A stretch of 64,000 nt of DNA from Nageia nagi (lineage: Eukaryota; Plantae; Pinophyta). Below the pieces are notes generated by a model. That model saw only the letters and a program-made list of their open reading frames with translations. It did not search any database and had not been told where the DNA came from. Positions 36,140-47,663 of the stretch are shown here, in pieces; positions within the stretch are counted from its first letter, which is position 1; every line of letters starts with the position of its first letter. The position numbers and the translations under genes were made by a program. The stretch spans positions 11,904,001 through 11,968,000 of the forward strand of contig JBITNC010000002.1 in the NCBI GenBank assembly GCA_050084985.1. Direction: 5' to 3'.

Positions 36140-36500
36140 ATTTCCGTTCTAAATAGCATAGTAGGACTCTAGCAGAATCAAATCATTACTGTATGAAGAT
36201 GCAAAACTGTAAATGTGTAGGTGATCAACTAAAACTGCGATTGAAGAGCGGCCAATCCTAAACCTAAGTAGACTTACTGAAGGGCAATAATGAAGAAAGA
36301 ATCATAAAAGAACATGATCATACATGTTTCCTTTCTAATTATCATAGTAAGACTTTAACAGAATCATTACTGCATGAAGATGCAAAACTATAGATCTGTA
36401 TATGATCAACCATAACCTCAAACTGTAATTGACGAGCGGGTACTCCTAGTGAAAGGCCATGATGACGAAAGAATCATAAGAGAAGAAGATCAACGGCAGT
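36140..36500. repeat. Diverged ~180-bp tandem duplication in the proximal part of intron 1
   Basis: AATCATTACTGYATGAAGATGCAAAACT at 36181 and 36362; GAAAGAATCATAA at about 36295 and 36467. Confidence 0.7.
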
Positions 36501-37160
36501 TGGTATGTACAATGTGTACCACATAGACTATACATCATAAAAGCAATAGTCCACTGTTTCCGTTAAATATCAACAGTGGAGCCCTAGTCAGCTGCTAAAT
36601 AAGTAAAAAGTGAAGATTAGCTTGAATTATTTTGGTTGATCGGGTTGAAATGCAAATGCTTAAAAAACAATTACAATTCATTTAGTTGTTGAGAGCCGTG
36701 ACCAACTGCTCAAGCAGGCCGTGAAGCATTTAAGGAAGTTGCCTAATCCAAAAGAAAAGCCAATAAATGCAGACCTAGCTGTTTATACACCAACACCAAC
36801 ACAAATTCATTATCTACGACAAACAACATAAGATCTATAAGCTAATAAGGAAATCTCAATGTTCCTCTTACCGTTGTGAACTATACGAATTTAAGATCTA
36901 TGATGCCGTTCTTGTGCAGATGGACTCTTCTCTATAAAAAAATCACATAAACAAATCGGAAAAGCTAATTAAAAAAATCTTAGAACGGAGTCCCCAGAAC
37001 ATCCAAAGCTACATCAGTAGATAAAGCATCCAACCAGAAACGAGAGGTCACATTTTCAAGTCCAGAAACTTAAATTGGTTAGGCAGAAAACTTATCGCAG
37101 TGGATTCGAAAAACAAAGGCACTATAATTACAATTTTAATGGGAATGAATGAGCAGTTAC

Positions 37161-37231
37161 CCGGCGGCGAGCATTAGAAGCATCCGGTAATTGTTAAAGC
37201 TGCGCAGTTTGGAAGATTGAGAGGAGAACAT
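37161..37231 (-). CDS. NDB: External alternative NAD(P)H dehydrogenase (NDB family), first coding exon (MFSSQSSKLRSFNNYRMLLMLAAG)
   Basis: ATG at 37231-37229; 23 codons plus 2 nt, ending GCC GG|gtaact. The phase-2 end joins exon 2 (T AGT GGT GGC) to give ...LLMLAAGSGGLMVFAD, resembling plant NDB N-termini (basic/Ser-rich, hydrophobic stretch, SGGL). Lies in the CpG-rich promoter-like patch. Confidence 0.8.
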
Positions 37232-37540
37232 TCTGGAACCTATAACGTTTCTATTTACATTGTCCCTGAACAGAGAGATAATGCCTGCAAGCATCGGCAT
37301 TGTTACCCAATTATACCTTCAAATCAAACCCATTTCGACTCGGATAATTTAATTCTACAACTGTTCCACGGCAAATTTTGCAGGTCTGAACACATACGCC
37401 TCGCGAGGCAGCAGTGTTCGTAATTCCAAGGGCTCGGAGTTCGTAATTCGCAGTCGGAGAAGATCAGTTCAAAACAGTCCGTGCCTCAACAGTCTTTGGC
37501 AAAGCCTGGGTATAGAAGTTCTGGGACACGTGTTACAAGA
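37232..37540 (-). promoter_or_regulatory. NDB 5'UTR and proximal promoter: CpG-rich patch, G-box ACACGTGT (37526-37533), probable 5'UTR intron 37266-37397
   Basis: Local CpG enrichment compared with the AT-rich flank; palindromic G-box; GC|gtatgt ... tatctctctgttcag| pair upstream of the ATG. Confidence 0.5.
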
Positions 37541-40500
37541 ATTGCCTTTATGAGAATGATGTTTGAATTGTGGTGGAAATATTTTGGGATGTAATGCCTT
37601 CCATTGTGGGAGGTTTCCCTTATTATCTTTTTATCTTTTGGATCACTATTGATGGATAAGATATCATTAATTAATAGAAGTTTTGACATTTTTTTTTACT
37701 TGAGGGGATTTTTTTAGGTTAAGGTGACATGATGAAAGATATTTATTTCATCAAATTTTTTTGATATGATTTTTATTTTTTATATATTTATTATTATTTA
37801 AGAGGATGTGTAATTATATTCATTTATTAGAAGGGATAGGATTTGAACTTTAATCTTTATATTTTAGTAGAGAATTTTTGCTACTCTCTATCTATTAACT
37901 TCAAATAATAATTTTTTAATATTTTAGATGGATTAATGTTATTGTATACATTATCATAATGTAGATATCATTGTAAAATGATAAGATAAAAAGTATGTTT
38001 AATTATAAGATGTGTTGTTTTCATATCAATTTTGTTCAAATGAGATAACAATCTTATTTTAATATCTTTAATATCTTTGATATGTTTAGACAAGTCAATA
38101 GATAAGTTGTTTGAAATAAAATGAATATTGAAATTGTTTTAGTGGGCCACAAGAATAAGTGCTTTTTTTTATTATTTAAAATTAAATGAAAGAAGATTAC
38201 TATAGCATTTTCAAAAAATGTTATAATATTTTTTTAACCATTAATTTTTCAAAGGATAAAAATCTAGGTTTGAGCCTATGAGGTAAAGATGAGCAACTAA
38301 GAATAGTTTGTTTTAATTAGTGATTTATTATTTTTAGAATGAAATGAAAGGATAGGCTTACAAGGGAAGACAAGGAAGATTGATAAATAAAATGATGGTA
38401 TCTATATTTTGTGTGTCTACATTATGTCCCTCTTGAGATATATGAAAGTTTGAAAGCAAAAATGAAAAGACATAATAGAAAGAGAAGTGATTGAGTTTAC
38501 TACAAATAGAAAAAAATTATTCCATTTTAATTTATTCTCTCTTTTGTATCAAAATATTTTTTTCATTCATTGATATTAATATACCATGCATGATAGAACA
38601 CTGCCATCAATGGTAAGTCATGTTTTTAAATTCCATCTCATTTTTTATAGCTTAAGTATTGAGTTTTTAGGATTTAATGTTTAAAATTTAAAATCATTAT
38701 AAGATTGCAATTTTGTGTTGGATAAAAAAAATAAAAAACTAAAATCATGATAGCTTATGAAAGAATCATAATGCCAAAAAAGGAAAACACAATGGGCCTT
38801 AAATAAAATTGTAATCATCCATCACTTTTTTACTTAATTGTATAATAATTCTCAAAGTGAAAATTATTGCAATGATAAAGGACTTATGATGTGGTTATAA
38901 CGTTCCTACCATTTCCTACACTCGATAAACTCTAAATTACATATCTTTTATTTAATATTACACTTATGTATTTATTTCAATTGGAAAAAAGCGGTCCATA
39001 TAAGCATGTATACGTTGCTAGCTAATCAACACTCATGTGGGCAAGATGATCAAATATGGATTAGTTAATCCTATATAACACGATCTGGAGTTCACTCTTC
39101 TAACAATTACCCTATTGGAGAGACACTAGTTATGTGATCCCTTTGTTCCCAACTACATCACCCGTAGTGGTCATTTTGTCACAATATTATTGGTTTCCTT
39201 CTTGGGGCCTACATCATCCAAGAGAGCATACTTCAAACATTATTTATCGTTACCTGATAAATAACCAATATTATTCATCATTACCTGATGAATAACACTC
39301 CACATAAGATAATATGGGTCTAGTGCAATCGCCCATGGAATGATCATCATAATCATATTCACTAAATTGTGAAGGAAATGACTACAAATTATCATCACCT
39401 GATAATTACAGTTTTATTAAACATTAAATATAACTAGTCAATAAGATATGAGTCACTATCCTTCCCATATATATCAATTAGGCTCACCATTTGCCTAATA
39501 GCCTTGCGTCCATATCTTAAAGGACCATAAAATAGATACAAGAGTATTACCTATTGTAGATATCCCAGGTATTTGGTTTAGTTTAACCAATTTTTTAATT
39601 ATGATGAAAACCTACCTTCGTATAATATAATAGATATGATTAACATCAAGTTAAAAAGCAACTCAAGCATATTCAAGAAGATGAAATACAAGTGTAGACT
39701 AGCTTTCTAATTATTATAATCCATACACATTAGAAAAGTGAATTTGAATAAGTTTATAAAACATCAATTTTTAAATATAAGAAAATGAGAGCCAAAAGAT
39801 ATATTCCACAAGTTCTTCTATGAAGGAAGAGCAAAGTATAGTTGCTCTCAACTTTTCGTTTTAGATAAATACTCTTTTTTCATTTTTCAAGGCATCTATT
39901 CTCTTCTTATCTTTTCCAATAATTCATTATGTTATGTGATATATTATCCATTAGTTACCATTTATTACTTTTCATTACTATTTGAATATTTGATGTTTAA
40001 CTTTGAATTTAATCTCTAAACATATACATTCTTTAATTGGAAACTTTTAAGGAAGGTATTAAAATGCTAATCGATCTCATTTCAATTAATAGTAAATACT
40101 TTCATTGGTATATATTTCTTATATTACACTAGTATAATTGCATCACTCAAACTTTTATGGTTCCTTTATGAACGAAATAGGGCTAAATGACTGAATTACT
40201 ATTTTATCAAGATCTCATGATAGCTCTCTAAAACATCATCACAATAGCTAATCTCACAAATTGATATCAATATAAAGCGGTTTCTCCAACCATGGGAGTA
40301 CATCGACTATGTTAGAATTTGTAATGTAACATTGTGTAATATTTCTTTTTAATATAAATTCACTTAATGCTTAAAGTATCTTTAGATACCTTAAAGCATT
40401 AAAGGAATAAATATAGAAAGAGGAATAAATATAGAAACACCGTTAACTTTATCCTTGGGTTAAAGGGAGGTTAAAGGGTGGATTTCTTCTTATAAATAAA

Positions 40501-41264
40501 GGGTTACCCCTTCTCTCATGGTAATGAAAACAATTGTAAAGCAAGCTTTGCTCTAAGTTTAGGGTTTGGAGAGAGAAAGAGATTCTATAAGAGAGGTCCT
40601 CGAGAATAAGAAGATCTTAGTAAGTGAATATACTCCCAAGGAGGGAGAAACCACTTTATATCTTGTGTTATTTGTGATATTAGCTTGTGTTATTGTGTTA
40701 TAGTGTTGATATAAGTGCCTTCTTGAGATTTTGGTAAACTAAAGATTAACTCGGAAAGAGTTAACTTCATCAAGTGGTATCAAAGCCATTCTTGAAGACT
40801 CCTCTTCAACATTCTTAAAGGTCCTTCCTCTTTTTTCTCCATCTACTTTGTTGAGATAAAAGAACTTGAAGGTATAATCTCCTTCCTACCTTGTTCATTG
40901 TCAAATTTTGCTTTATTATTAACCTTTGTGGTTCTTTGATTATAAAGTTTTATTTAGCAAAATTTGTTCAAAGTAGATATTATTGCTATATTTGTTTACT
41001 ATACTAACATGTTAGTTCATTTTTATGTTATTGCTATGCATTATTTTGTTAGTTGCAATTTTTAAGTAAGATTGTTTAATATGTAGCAATATTATGTTGA
41101 TTGCAAATTCTGAGTAAATTTGCTTAAATCTAGCAATGATGAGTTATTATAGCTTAAATTTGCAAAAAAAATAACTATAATGCTATTATTGCAAAAAAAA
41201 ATTACAATGCTAGTATATTTGTAAAAATTAAATTGCTTGCATGCAAAGTTTGTTATGTTTAAAA

Positions 41265-41630
41265 AATATATGTGATATATATATATTTTTTAAAAGGGCT
41301 ATATATAGATATATTTTTAAAAAATATATATATAATGGTAATTATATATATATATAATTTGTTTAGAATTTAAAAAAAAAAACAACAGTTCTTTTATTTT
41401 TTTTAATCTTTTTTTTAAAACAAAGACAAATTTTTTTCCTGAAAAAAAGATAGAGGGAATTTAAAAAAAAAAAACAAACAAACAAAAAAGGAAGGACATT
41501 TTTTTTAAAAGGCAAGTTTTTTTTTTTTTTTAATATGTTGCTTTTTTAATAAGGGGTTTTTTTTAAAGGAAATGTAGACTTTCTAAATTTTTTAATTCAA
41601 TGAGTTCAATTTAAGTTTTTTTTTTTAAGT
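41265..41630. repeat. Low-complexity (TA)n, poly-A and poly-T tracts
   Basis: Visible directly in the sequence. Confidence 0.85.
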
Positions 41631-42063
41631 ATGATGCAATTTTTAAGTAAAGACTTAAATTATTAATAATTGCTTACTTTTAAACATGGACTAAATTGTA
41701 ACTTATATGCAATGTATGAGAATTTCTTTATTTGTTAAATTTTAACCTTAGTGAATAGTTATTTTAAGGAACTTTAATAACCATGCACTTAAGACATACT
41801 TACAGTATGGATAAAATTTTTAGGTATGGTTTAATATTTTGTCATAATGCATGATTATTGTTACTATGCACACATGTGGATGGATAAAAGTTTTTATGTA
41901 TAGTTTAAAATTTTATCCAAATGCATGATTATTGCTAATGTGCACACATGTGGATGGATAACAGTTATCTTAAATATTTTTGCTGATGAATTAATTGCAA
42001 ATAAGGAATTATTTTTAAGTCCATTTTTTAAGTAATAAGGGGGAGAATTCCACATTTTTTTAT

Positions 42064-42209
42064 AATGAACCTTTGTATAGAGATCCATTAGGGGTTGTAA
42101 CAAAACCCATTGGACTCTTAGGCTCATTTGTTGTTATTTAAAATTAATGAACCTTTGTAAAGAGTTCCATTAGGGGTTGTAACAAAACCCATTGGACTCT
42201 TTGGCTCAT
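42064..42209. repeat. 82-bp-period tandem duplication in the Copia leader
   Basis: AATGAACCTTTGT..CCATTAGGGGTTGTAACAAAACCCATTGGACTCTT occurs twice. Confidence 0.85.
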
Positions 42210-43182
42210 ACTTATGGATGATGTTGGATGTATTTTCATATTTAAACCATTTTATTGTTTTACACTTTTACTTTATATACAAATTACGTAAACATTGAAA
42301 ATTGATTCCCTTAAAATGAACATATTTGCATAATTTTTTTGCAACATGACTTATTTAGGGATCCATGAGGTGAGGATAAGGCATACTGGAGCCTTTTAAT
42401 TTGATGATCCAAGTGGTGAAAAGTTAGTACATCTTAATTACCTCTAAGTCCTTTGTTGGTTTGGATTTACTCCATATAGGTGGACAAACATGTGTGTAAT
42501 GATATCACATGTCTGCCCATCCATTCAAGGATTATCCTGATAACCTAAGAGGAAAATTAAAAAATTTAATAAAGATAATTAATTTGGTCAATCCAATATA
42601 TGTCACAACCTTAGAAAATGGTTAGTACTTCTCTTTTTGAGAGTATATTATTTCCTAAGGTGAACTAGTTGAGGATTGGTAGGACCTGAGCTCCTTATGG
42701 GCATCCAGATAAAGGCTTAATTTTAGATAAGAAAATAAGTCTCGACTCTTCCCTCTATACGATTATATTTGGTGATGAAGATGTTGGATGTATGATTATA
42801 ATTCTTATTAACAATTTAAACATTTGATTTGTTGATTAGTTCAAACACGTATTTGGATGATTAATATTTTGAATTCAACATGTTTTCTTGCATTATTTAT
42901 CTATTTTATACTAATGGGAGACTCTTTTACATCCAAGCATATCCTAAATGGTTCCAACTGTGGTATTTGAAAACCTAAGATGAAAGTAGAACTTCAAGCA
43001 TGAAAACTTTGGATGATTATCGATGAAAACCAAGTTGTTCCATCAGGGGAGAAGGAACTTGAATATTACAGTACAAAGAATGATTTGGCAATCTCTATGA
43101 TCTTTTATGTTGTTTCAAATAAAATCCTCCTCATGATATCATCTTAAAACTTTACAAAGGAAGCTTGGGATAAACTTAAGAG

Positions 43183-45000
43183 TGTTGGAATGTATAATGC
43201 ATTATTGTAAAGGTTTGTATTATTCCTTTTTGTAAATTCACTAATACTGTATCATTATATACCTTAAGTATTTAAGTGAATATGATAATGTAACTTGTCA
43301 TACACTCCATGTCATGAGCATGCCCCTTGGGTAAAAGGGAGTGCATATCATGCCTTTGTACATTAGGTAAAAGGGTGATCCAAAGAGGGATTTTGGTCTA
43401 TAAATAGAAGGCTTCCTCTTTGTTATCATACACTAATTTGTGGAGTAAAGTTATGCTTTAAGATAGTGTTTAGAAGATGAGATTAGGAGAATTGTAAGAG
43501 ATTCATGTTTGTGAATGAAGTGAGATCTAGTTAGTACATGTACTCTTAATTGAAGGAACCACTTACATCTTAAGTTATCCTTATAAGATTATTCTATGAG
43601 TTATTTAGATGTTATTTATGAGCTTTCATGTGATTTTGGTTGTTTAAGAATTATATTATTAGTGTTAGTTCCTTCAAATTGGTATTAGAGCTAAAAAGTG
43701 CATCTTTGTGGGTTATGATAGTCAGCATAAAAGTTAAAGGCTCTACTCTCCATCTTATAAAGTAGTGTTCATTTCAAAAGATGTAAATTTCAATGAACTT
43801 CCTAAAAAATTTGCTTCTAATGAGGATGTTGATGATCTAAATGACTCATCAGTTGCTCTTAGCTGGTTGGATATTGATATAAATAAGTCACCTTAAGAAC
43901 AAAACTCTTCAACATAAAGCATAACAAAAAATTGACATCAAGCATGAGCCCTCATCCTTCAAAGAAGCTTCAAAGCACAAGTGTTGGATGGAATCCATGA
44001 AAATGGAGCATGAGGCACTTATGACAAATGAAACTTGGGATTTGGTTGCTTATCCTAATGAGAAAAATGTAATTAGTAATAAGTGGATCTACAAGGTCAA
44101 GTACAATTTTGTTAGGGATATTGAGAAATACAAGGCAAGGTTAGTAGCCAAAGGTTTTGCTTAGAAATACGATGTAGATTATGAGAAAACCTTTGCTCCC
44201 ATGGTAAAGATGCCTACAATGAGAATTTTTCTTGCTCTTTTTGCAGCTCAAAGATGGAAATTTTTTCAACTTGACATCAAGATGCATTTCTCAATGGTGA
44301 CTTAGATGTGGAAATTTTCATGAATCAACCAAAAGGGTTCATCAGGTAAGGTAAAGAGTCTTTGTGTGTAAGCTAAAGAAGTCATTGAATGGACTTAAGC
44401 AAGCACCTAGAGCCTAGTATAAGAAGGTTTCAAGGTATTTTGTAAACATTGGTTTCTCCAAGTGTTTTGATGACTCCAATCTATATGTGCTCAATCAAAG
44501 AAAAGATGTGGTCTTGATTCTCCTTTATATGGATGATATTTTAATTATTGAGAATAATAATGAAATCATTCAAGAGTGCATATCCAAACTTAAGCCAATG
44601 TTTGAAATGACTGATCTTGGTCTCTTGTACTACTACATTGGAATGCAAGTATACCAATATAAGGATTATACTTATCTTAGTCAATCTAAGTATATATCAA
44701 ATATCTTACAAAAGTTTAGAATGGAGGAGTGTAGATATGCTATTATCCTAGTCTCTCCTAAAATCACTATTTCTCTAAGCTCTAACTCTCAATTGGCTAA
44801 TGCTACAGCTTACAGGTAATTAATTGGTAATCTTTTATATTAAGTGAGATCTAGTTAGTGGATGTACTCTTAGTTGGAGGAACCACTTACATCTTGAGTT
44901 ATCCTTATGAGATTATTTTATGAATTATTTAAATGTTATTTACAAGCTTTCATATGATCTTGGTTGTTTAGAAATTATATTGTTAATATTAGTTCCTTCA
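43183..45000 (+). mobile_element. Internally deleted Copia nested in the gag of the previous element
   Basis: LTR 43183-43676; PBS TGGTATTAGAGC at 43680; then directly KKCIFVGY and RT motifs (KWIYKVK, KYKARLVAKGF, LLYMDDILI, FEMTDLG); partial 3' LTR about 44841-45000; TSD AAGAG/AATAG. Confidence 0.85.
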
Positions 45001-46567
45001 AATAGTAACTACCTTAGCACCAAATTCTCTAGAAGGTTCACCATTCTTCAGAAGTTATTGTAATCATGTCAAGAAGAAAAAGAAAGTGTGGCAATACATA
45101 TGAATAACGTTATTGACCTTAGGACCCAACTTGTGAGATGTGGTTACAATTGGATGAACGATGAGTTTATGACTTTCATCATCCTTCAAATCCTCTCTAC
45201 TAAATTTAGTCACCTTATGACTATTCTTAAAACTAGGCTTGATGATGAAAAAGAAATGTTCTACTTGAAAATTTTGTTAAGGCTTCTCTTGAAACATGAA
45301 AAAACACTTAACAATAAAGTGTTGATCACCACTCTTAAGGAGCCTTTTGTGGCATTAGGTCCAATGAAACCTCACTTCAAAAAGAAGATCCATAACTAAA
45401 AGAAGGGTTATCATGCTCCTAAGAAGAACTTAAAGAATGGTGGAAATAAGAAGAATTATGATCATCATAAGTCAAAGAAAACCAACGATAAATTTGATTG
45501 AAATTATAATTTCTATGATATCTATGGTCATAAAGAAGCTAGTTGCTACAAAAAAAAGAAAGAATAAGATGAAAAAAGATTTAAAAAACTAAACAAATAT
45601 AATAACAAGAAGAAGAATAAAAATTCTACTTATGTTGTTTTCTTTAACTCTATGTCTCGTACTTTGTCAAATGATTAGATTATTGATTCTTGATGCACTA
45701 ATCAAATGTGTTTTAAAAAATATAAGTTTAAAATATTTCTTAAGTATAGAAAAAATGCAGTTATGATAAGTGATAATTCAATCCTTGAAGTTCAAGGTAT
45801 TCGGAGTGTGTGGTTAGAAGAAAAGATTCTTGAGAATATGCTTTATGTGCCTAAACTCACTATGAATCTTCTTATAAATATAGAGGTACCCCTCCTCTCA
45901 TGATAATGAAAATAATTGTAAAGAAAGCTTTGATCTAGTTTTAAAGTTTGTAAAGAAAAGAGAGATTATGTAAGAGAGGTCCTTAAGAATATGAAGATCG
46001 TAGTTAGTGGATGTACTCCTAAGGAGGGAGGAACTATTTTATATCTTATGTTATTTATGATATTGGCTTGTGTTATTATGCTATATTATTGATGTTGTAA
46101 GTTCCTTCTTGAGATCTTGGTAAATTAGTGATTAACTTGGAAAGGGTTAACTTCATCACACTAATCTAAAATCTTATTCTTAAAGAGCACTCTCTTACAA
46201 CTCACTTTCTTATTTATTCTACAACCAAGATAATAGCATAACTTTACTACCAACTTGAGTAAGTAATCTTAAGGAGAGAGCCCTCTATTTATAGGCCAAA
46301 ATTATCCCTTGGATCACCTTTTTAACCAATGTACAATGCCATGACATGCATCACCCTTTTACCCAAGGGGTATGCTCATGAGATGGAGTGTAGGACAAGT
46401 TACATTATTTTATTCACAAACACTTAAAATGTATCTAGAGATAGTTTTAAGTATTAGTGAATTTACATTGTCATATTCACTAAATACTTGAGACATCTAG
46501 GGATACTTTTAAGTATTAAGTGAATTACATTAAGATACCTTATAATAATGCATTATACATTCCAACA

Positions 46568-47660
46568 CTTTAGCATTGTAAGCTAATGGACTATATACAT
46601 TTAGATTATAACTAGGTTCTTTGATTTGATATATTAGGAAACCAATTTTCCTATATTGCATTGCCCTTAATATATATGCCTTCTAACTTGTATACCAAAC
46701 TCTTTTATATTGTATTCATTATAAGTATGTTTTGATACCCTAAACATTATTAAATGGAACCATTGCTTTAAAGAATATTCTAACTTATATCATTCCAATA
46801 ATTTGATAATACCATTAAAGATATTAACTTCTTATTACATATGTCATACTTTTATATTTTGTTAATTCACGTAGGTATATTAGATTAGTCCATAACTATT
46901 TATAGAACTTTTTCTTTAGTTTGATAATTTGTTGACCACTCTTGTTCAAACTAGGTTATTATTTATGTTGCTAATGAAATTTTATGAATTTCTACCATCA
47001 TATCACATTATGTATTTTCATTTTCACTATTTCTATATATGTCCATCAAGTATTTATTAGTGTTTTCTTGATTCAATAATATCTTATTCAATTATCATAT
47101 TCTCTTTTATTGAATTATTTTTCATAAATCCCTTACAACTTTTATCATGTTATTTGATATTTATAAGTTATGTTGAAACATATTCATTGTAAGGTATTAC
47201 CTTTTTATTCTAAGCTTCCATTTTATTTCCATTTCAAGCAAAATCTATATGTCATATTCATCTAGGTTCACTAATTTGTAAAGATAAGTAATTGACTATC
47301 CATATTTGACTCATAAGTTGAACTCATTTGATAAATTTTAATTTTAGTATTTGAACATCTAATCAAAAGCCTCATCATAATTAATATTGATAAATCCCAC
47401 TTTATTTTCCACTCTAAAACATCTAGGGAATAATCACTATAATTTGTACATACAAAGGATAAGTGACCTACAAATGATCACTTTACAAGATTTATAATTA
47501 ATCTCTTTTCTAATAAGGTGACCATTTTAAAGTACATCAAATAGTCTTTAACCTACAATTAGTCTTCATAAATCATTCATGAAACTCAAGGATTTAGTTG
47601 ATAAAAGGTACTAGATGAGATTTGAAAATTAATGAGTATTAAGATAATTCTTTGAATATA
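46568..47660 (-). mobile_element. Ancient L1-like LINE remnant (probably continuous with about 39850-40168 and 55090-56150)
   Basis: VGFININYDEAFD*MF at 47353-47400 resembles the RT motif IDFEKAFDRV; otherwise extremely decayed. Confidence 0.45.
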
Positions 47661-47663
47661 ATG

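Larger units (their letters stand above)
19016..37160 (-). other. NDB intron between coding exons 1 and 2, 18,145 bp, GT-AG
   Basis: Bounded by the splice sites above; largely filled by two LTR elements and a LINE remnant. Confidence 0.8.
40310..46158 (+). mobile_element. Copia element with long AT-rich leader, gag-protease only, 3' LTR truncated
   Basis: 5' LTR 40310-40772; PBS TGGTATCAAAGCC at 40775; gag from about 42914 (LNGSN..KPKMK..KLW) resuming at 45001; knuckle YGHKEASC; protease IIDS*CTNQMC; partial 3' LTR about 45867-46158; TSD GACTA/CACTA. Confidence 0.8.
40169..46567 (-). mobile_element. Solo LTR (40169-40309 plus 46159-46567) split by nested Copia insertions
   Basis: Both halves match the reverse complement of the 5323-5816 / 43183-43676 LTR type; TG at 40169, CA at 46567; perfect TSD CTTTA. 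Confidence 0.75.

Noticed and set aside
37415-37540. Mitochondrial dysfunction motif CTTG-N5-CAMG in the NDB promoter
   Set aside because: The near matches (CTTGTAACACG, CGTAATTCCAAG) have the wrong spacing.
37486-37689. ORF MSKLLLIND.. as the NDB N-terminus
   Set aside because: It ends in a stop and lies in the promoter flank; 37161-37231 fits phase and composition better.
37825-37900. tRNA-derived SINE (B-box-like GTTCAAATCC on minus)
   Set aside because: No recognisable A box, tail or TSD; too decayed to support.
38890-39620. Possible solo LTR
   Set aside because: Composition is LTR-like, but termini, TSD and a second copy could not be established.
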